Position numbers and translations under genes: made by a program. The notes under the pieces are model-generated. The model had not been told where the DNA came from. It saw nothing but the letters and a program-made list of their open reading frames with translations, and did no database searches. Positions 14,801-17,208 of a stretch of 17,208 nucleotides of DNA are shown piece by piece (within the stretch, counting starts at the first letter, position 1; the number at the start of each line of letters is the position of its first letter). Source of the DNA: Synechococcus sp. (GTDB lineage: Bacteria > Cyanobacteriota > Cyanobacteriia > Thermostichales > PCC-7336); the NCBI GenBank assembly GCA_051439425.1, contig JBFRWD010000052.1, positions 1-17,208 on the forward strand, written 5' to 3'.

Positions 14801-17208
14801 CGGAGCGGACTCGGATGGGTCACCTGACTCCGACAATCTGACCGTGATTAGCAATACTAATCCTGCCAACGGTACTGTCACCCTCTCCTCATCAGGAGAT
14901 CTTACCTACGACCCCGGCACCGCCTTTGACTCCCTGGCAGTTGGCGAGAGCGCAACTGAAACCTTCACCTACACCATCTCTGATGGCAATGGCGGTACCA
15001 GCACCGCGACTGTCACGGTGACAATTACAGGACAGAGCGAGCTTTCCATAACGGTTCCAGCCAGTGCCAGCGGAGTTGAAGACACAAATATCCCTTTGGG
15101 CATTATTCCTAGCCCAACTCTTACACTAGGAGGCTCCCAACTCGACATCATTGGCACAGAAGCGGGGTTCCGTGATGCTGCCGCCGGTACTGCCGCGACT
15201 GCTTTCACCATTCCACCTGGAACCACATCTGTTCGCATCACGGCTTATGGGGGGAACGACAATGGTGGCACCTCTGCTTCTGAAGAAGAGTACCAGACCA
15301 CATCGATTCTGGTGGATCTGGCCGCTGGGACCTACTCGGGCCAAACCTTTCACGTTCAAGGTTTCGGTCAACCCACCGCAGATAACTACGCCTTCTCGGA
15401 CGTCTCCCTAGGGTCAGCCTCCGACAGTGGCACCATCACCGGAGATAACGCGAACGGGTTCAACTCCATCACGGTGTCCCGGACTGGCAATACGCTGTCG
15501 ATTCAAGAAAGCCAATCACTCATCGACCAGGCATACCTAGTCGAATACCAGACTTCAGAATCAACATCTGCCAACCTGCTGGGCTCGGTAGGTGACTTTC
15601 TTGCAGTCAATGAAACGCCCGGAACCTTGGCTCTGCCCACTGACACCAACTTTGTCGTATTGACATTGCAAGATGGTCGCGGTGGATTGTCGTTCGCAGA
15701 GGAAGACAAAGGCCTTGGCCGGATAGTGGTGGATTTAGACACTAATCTCGCCAGCGGTACGATTTTTGCTCAAACGGGACGGGGGGGAAACCTCACCGCT
15801 GGATTTTCGTTTTCCGGCTACGACATCACTTCAGAGGTTTCAATCCTCAACAGCGGAGCAACGATTACCGGTGACACCAGCGCTAATGTCGACGTACTTC
15901 CGGACCTGACCATTTCCCTATCTGGGAATGACCTAATTGTCGATAGGACAACAAATTCAGCTGGCATTTATACGTCGTTGTTGACCGCTCAAGCCTACGA
16001 ACGACTAGCCGTGGGTTCTTCGGCTGCCAGCTTAGGTACAACCCAAACATCTGGCAATTACTTTGACAATGTCGCATCAAATACTTGGGAATTAGCATTG
16101 CCGGGTAGTGCTGAAACCGGCACAGTCTCTCTTGCTATGACCAACATTGTTGGATCGAACAACAATGCTAATGAAAATACGGGCACAGCTCAGATTTTTG
16201 TGGATCTGGTCAATCGAACTACTTCTGGCTCGTTCTTGATCATGCGAACGAGCCAACCCGATTTAATTACTTGGAACGAGGTTCCATTTGGCACTCGCCT
16301 AATCGATGGTTCCAGTACATCTAATCGCGCTACCGACACCGCTTTTCTTGATGAAATCGCCGCTGCCTTGACCTTCGATGTGGCAACCAAACCCGATGGA
16401 AGTCAGGTCCTGCAGGCAACTGCCAATCCAGTCGTGCAGACAACAGCTTCCTACGTAAATTATGCTGTCACCCTTCAGGCACAATGGGCTGGTCGTCTGC
16501 CAATCGAAATTTCTGCCTTACCAGTAGGCGGCAGTCTGTCGGCAGGATCGTTCGACCCGGACACTGGCAAATGGTTCATTTCTCCAGAAGAGCTGGCTAC
16601 TCTGGAATTTATTCCAAATGAGCATTTTTCCGGCGATACCGTTTCGTTGGATCTGATTTTCAATGGCACCGTCCAGACGATTGATATCAGTGTCACTCGC
16701 GTAGCTGATGCCCCGACGTTAACAACCGTCGACCAATCCGGCGATGAAGACACGACCTTCGATATTTCTTCAGCCATTACTGCTGCATTAGTGGATGCGG
16801 ATGGTTCGGAGAGCATCACTCTGATCGAACTGAGTTCTATTCCTGTCGGTCACACTATTTCCGACGGCACACCCGCAAATACTTTCACGGCTACTGCGGG
16901 TAACCAGGTTATCGATGTTACTAATTGGGATTTGAATTCGCTCACCTATCGCGGTGCGACAAATGCCAATGGTACTTTCACGATCGGTGTTCGGGCGCAG
17001 ACTACAGATGATGACGGTTTCTCGGCCACAACAGATACTGCGGAGTCGATCGACTCTTTTGATGTAACAGTCACCGACATTAACGACGACCCCACTTCAA
17101 CGAGCATCGACCCCCAAACCTCCACCGATGGGGAGACGGTGACGCTGGATGTGTCGGGGAACTTCTCGGATGTGGATGGCACTATCGCCTCCTACTCCGT
17201 CTCCGGCT
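11802..17208 (+). CDS. Giant repetitive surface adhesin (DUF4347 + PA14-like + putative Ig/cadherin-like repeats), 3'-truncated by the window edge
   Basis: The frame opens after TGA at 11742-11744, and I found no stop before the window end. First ATG is 11802; 12009/12012 are equally plausible starts. DUF4347 motifs LFIDSSVENYQSLL, HILSHGSPG, LYGCNLAAG, GGNWQL. Putative-Ig units SGLPDGLTIDANGVISG and cadherin-like units PDANFNGTDTFTYTISDGNGG. Confidence 0.92.
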   Translation, partial: MKVNSSSLALWARLNGQTDINDRACARFHSFSATSLGTPSRGDSVAGPCDGSSSTTTFIAECRSPEPVSMMSTTYSEILFIDSSVENYQSLLACLQPGVLAIVLSPQRDGVVQITEILQEHLNVETVHILSHGSPGCLYLGNTYLGLNNLRTYAWALTAWFKRSALHPQKPTLALYGCNLAAGDAGQEFIDKLHNSTGAVIAASTTVVGNSLRGGNWQLDAVSAPWDPEKTDAENTHTNSIHIPFNQGILSNYAGIFMSGGSVNSTFTVNRTTSPATANLTSAPSTGFSAPIFDTSTPGVLSFESTSPGETSSDGSADVEGTVSNAFIQLNRDPSEELVSFTIDLTYDAGFDDGLFLAINGVTVVDFDESDHRTSTISTRYGNGNNWQPWNNEGNPQLRLIIDSSGNAQVELLVDRTDISGRDNILTSISGSTPNPVPNIDLETGLTFSFAGINDNGPGGRSTANLSASATFNCLPTSTSITSQTSNDGQTVTLDVSENFSDVDGTITSYSVSGLPDGLTIDANGVISGSINPNASDQENDDNGTQNYSVTVTATDDDGATASQTFTYRVDNVAPEAVDDSYSVDEDNILTGVNVLAGNLITNTGADSDGSPDSDTLTLIGNSDPANGTVTITSDGDLTYTPDANFNGTDTFTYTISDGNGGSDTATVTVTVTDINDDPTSTSVVPQESTDGETVTLDVSGNFSDVDGTIASYSVSGLPDGLTINSSGVISGRINPNASDQEDDDSGSQDYSVTVTATDDDGATTSQTFTYTVNNVGPDAVDDSYSVNEDTTLSGVNVLTGPGVDVDGSSDADTLTLIGNSAPANGSVSISNTGDLTYTSNANFNGTDTFTYTISDGNGGSDTATVTVSVNDINDAPTFTTIDTQTSNDGETVSLNVSGNFSDVDGTIASYSVSGLPDGLSIDASGVISGSINPNASDQADDDNGTQDYSVTVTATDDDGATTSQTFTYTVDNIDPNAVDDSFTTDENSILTGVNVLTGAGADSDGSPDSDNLTVISNTNPANGTVTLSSSGDLTYDPGTAFDSLAVGESATETFTYTISDGNGGTSTATVTVTITGQSELSITVPASASGVEDTNIPLGIIPSPTLTLGGSQLDIIGTEAGFRDAAAGTAATAFTIPPGTTSVRITAYGGNDNGGTSASEEEYQTTSILVDLAAGTYSGQTFHVQGFGQPTADNYAFSDVSLGSASDSGTITGDNANGFNSITVSRTGNTLSIQESQSLIDQAYLVEYQTSESTSANLLGSVGDFLAVNETPGTLALPTDTNFVVLTLQDGRGGLSFAEEDKGLGRIVVDLDTNLASGTIFAQTGRGGNLTAGFSFSGYDITSEVSILNSGATITGDTSANVDVLPDLTISLSGNDLIVDRTTNSAGIYTSLLTAQAYERLAVGSSAASLGTTQTSGNYFDNVASNTWELALPGSAETGTVSLAMTNIVGSNNNANENTGTAQIFVDLVNRTTSGSFLIMRTSQPDLITWNEVPFGTRLIDGSSTSNRATDTAFLDEIAAALTFDVATKPDGSQVLQATANPVVQTTASYVNYAVTLQAQWAGRLPIEISALPVGGSLSAGSFDPDTGKWFISPEELATLEFIPNEHFSGDTVSLDLIFNGTVQTIDISVTRVADAPTLTTVDQSGDEDTTFDISSAITAALVDADGSESITLIELSSIPVGHTISDGTPANTFTATAGNQVIDVTNWDLNSLTYRGATNANGTFTIGVRAQTTDDDGFSATTDTAESIDSFDVTVTDINDDPTSTSIDPQTSTDGETVTLDVSGNFSDVDGTIASYSVSG
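13227..15030 (+). repeat. Three tandem ~600-bp intragenic repeats (putative Ig + cadherin-like domain pair)
   Basis: Units start at 13227, 13836 and 14430 (spacings 609 and 594 nt) and share long DNA blocks. Confidence 0.9.
17091..17208 (+). repeat. Start of a fourth adhesin repeat unit (truncated)
   Basis: 17121-17208 matches 13866-13953 at 86/88 nt. Confidence 0.9.

Noticed and set aside
11829..17182. Many short ORFs on the minus strand and in alternative + frames
   Set aside because: They are antisense or off-frame shadows of the adhesin's biased codon usage, and they recur with the repeats.
13227..17208. Diversity-generating retroelement template/variable repeat pair
   Set aside because: No reverse transcriptase in the window, and the repeats are in-frame domain copies whose differences are largely synonymous and not adenine-specific.

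Overview
Cyanobacterial chromosomal window: at least 10 HIP1 octamers (GCGATCGC) lie between 1.9 and 10.7 kb, and the gene content is typical. From left to right: a decayed DDE transposase (IS4/IS701-like) with an in-frame stop and a probable 3' frameshift; a probably decayed hypothetical gene; scpA; a small membrane protein; and a 1078-aa CHAT (caspase-like) protease/Ser-Thr kinase fusion with a MinD-like amphipathic motif and two C-terminal helical repeats. These are followed by comB, a prmC-tsaC-atypical histidine kinase cluster on the minus strand, and a giant surface adhesin on the plus strand (>1700 aa). The adhesin is absent from the ORF track because it runs off the window. It carries DUF4347, a PA14-like module, tandem Ig/cadherin-like repeats and an unrecognised ~450-aa three-fold repeat domain apparently inserted inside an Ig-like domain. 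Non-coding highlights are a ~105-bp MITE-like element present twice, a candidate sRNA with an orphan terminator upstream of comB, and an 18-19-bp tandem repeat between prmC and tsaC. All family calls come from reading motifs by eye; no searches were run.
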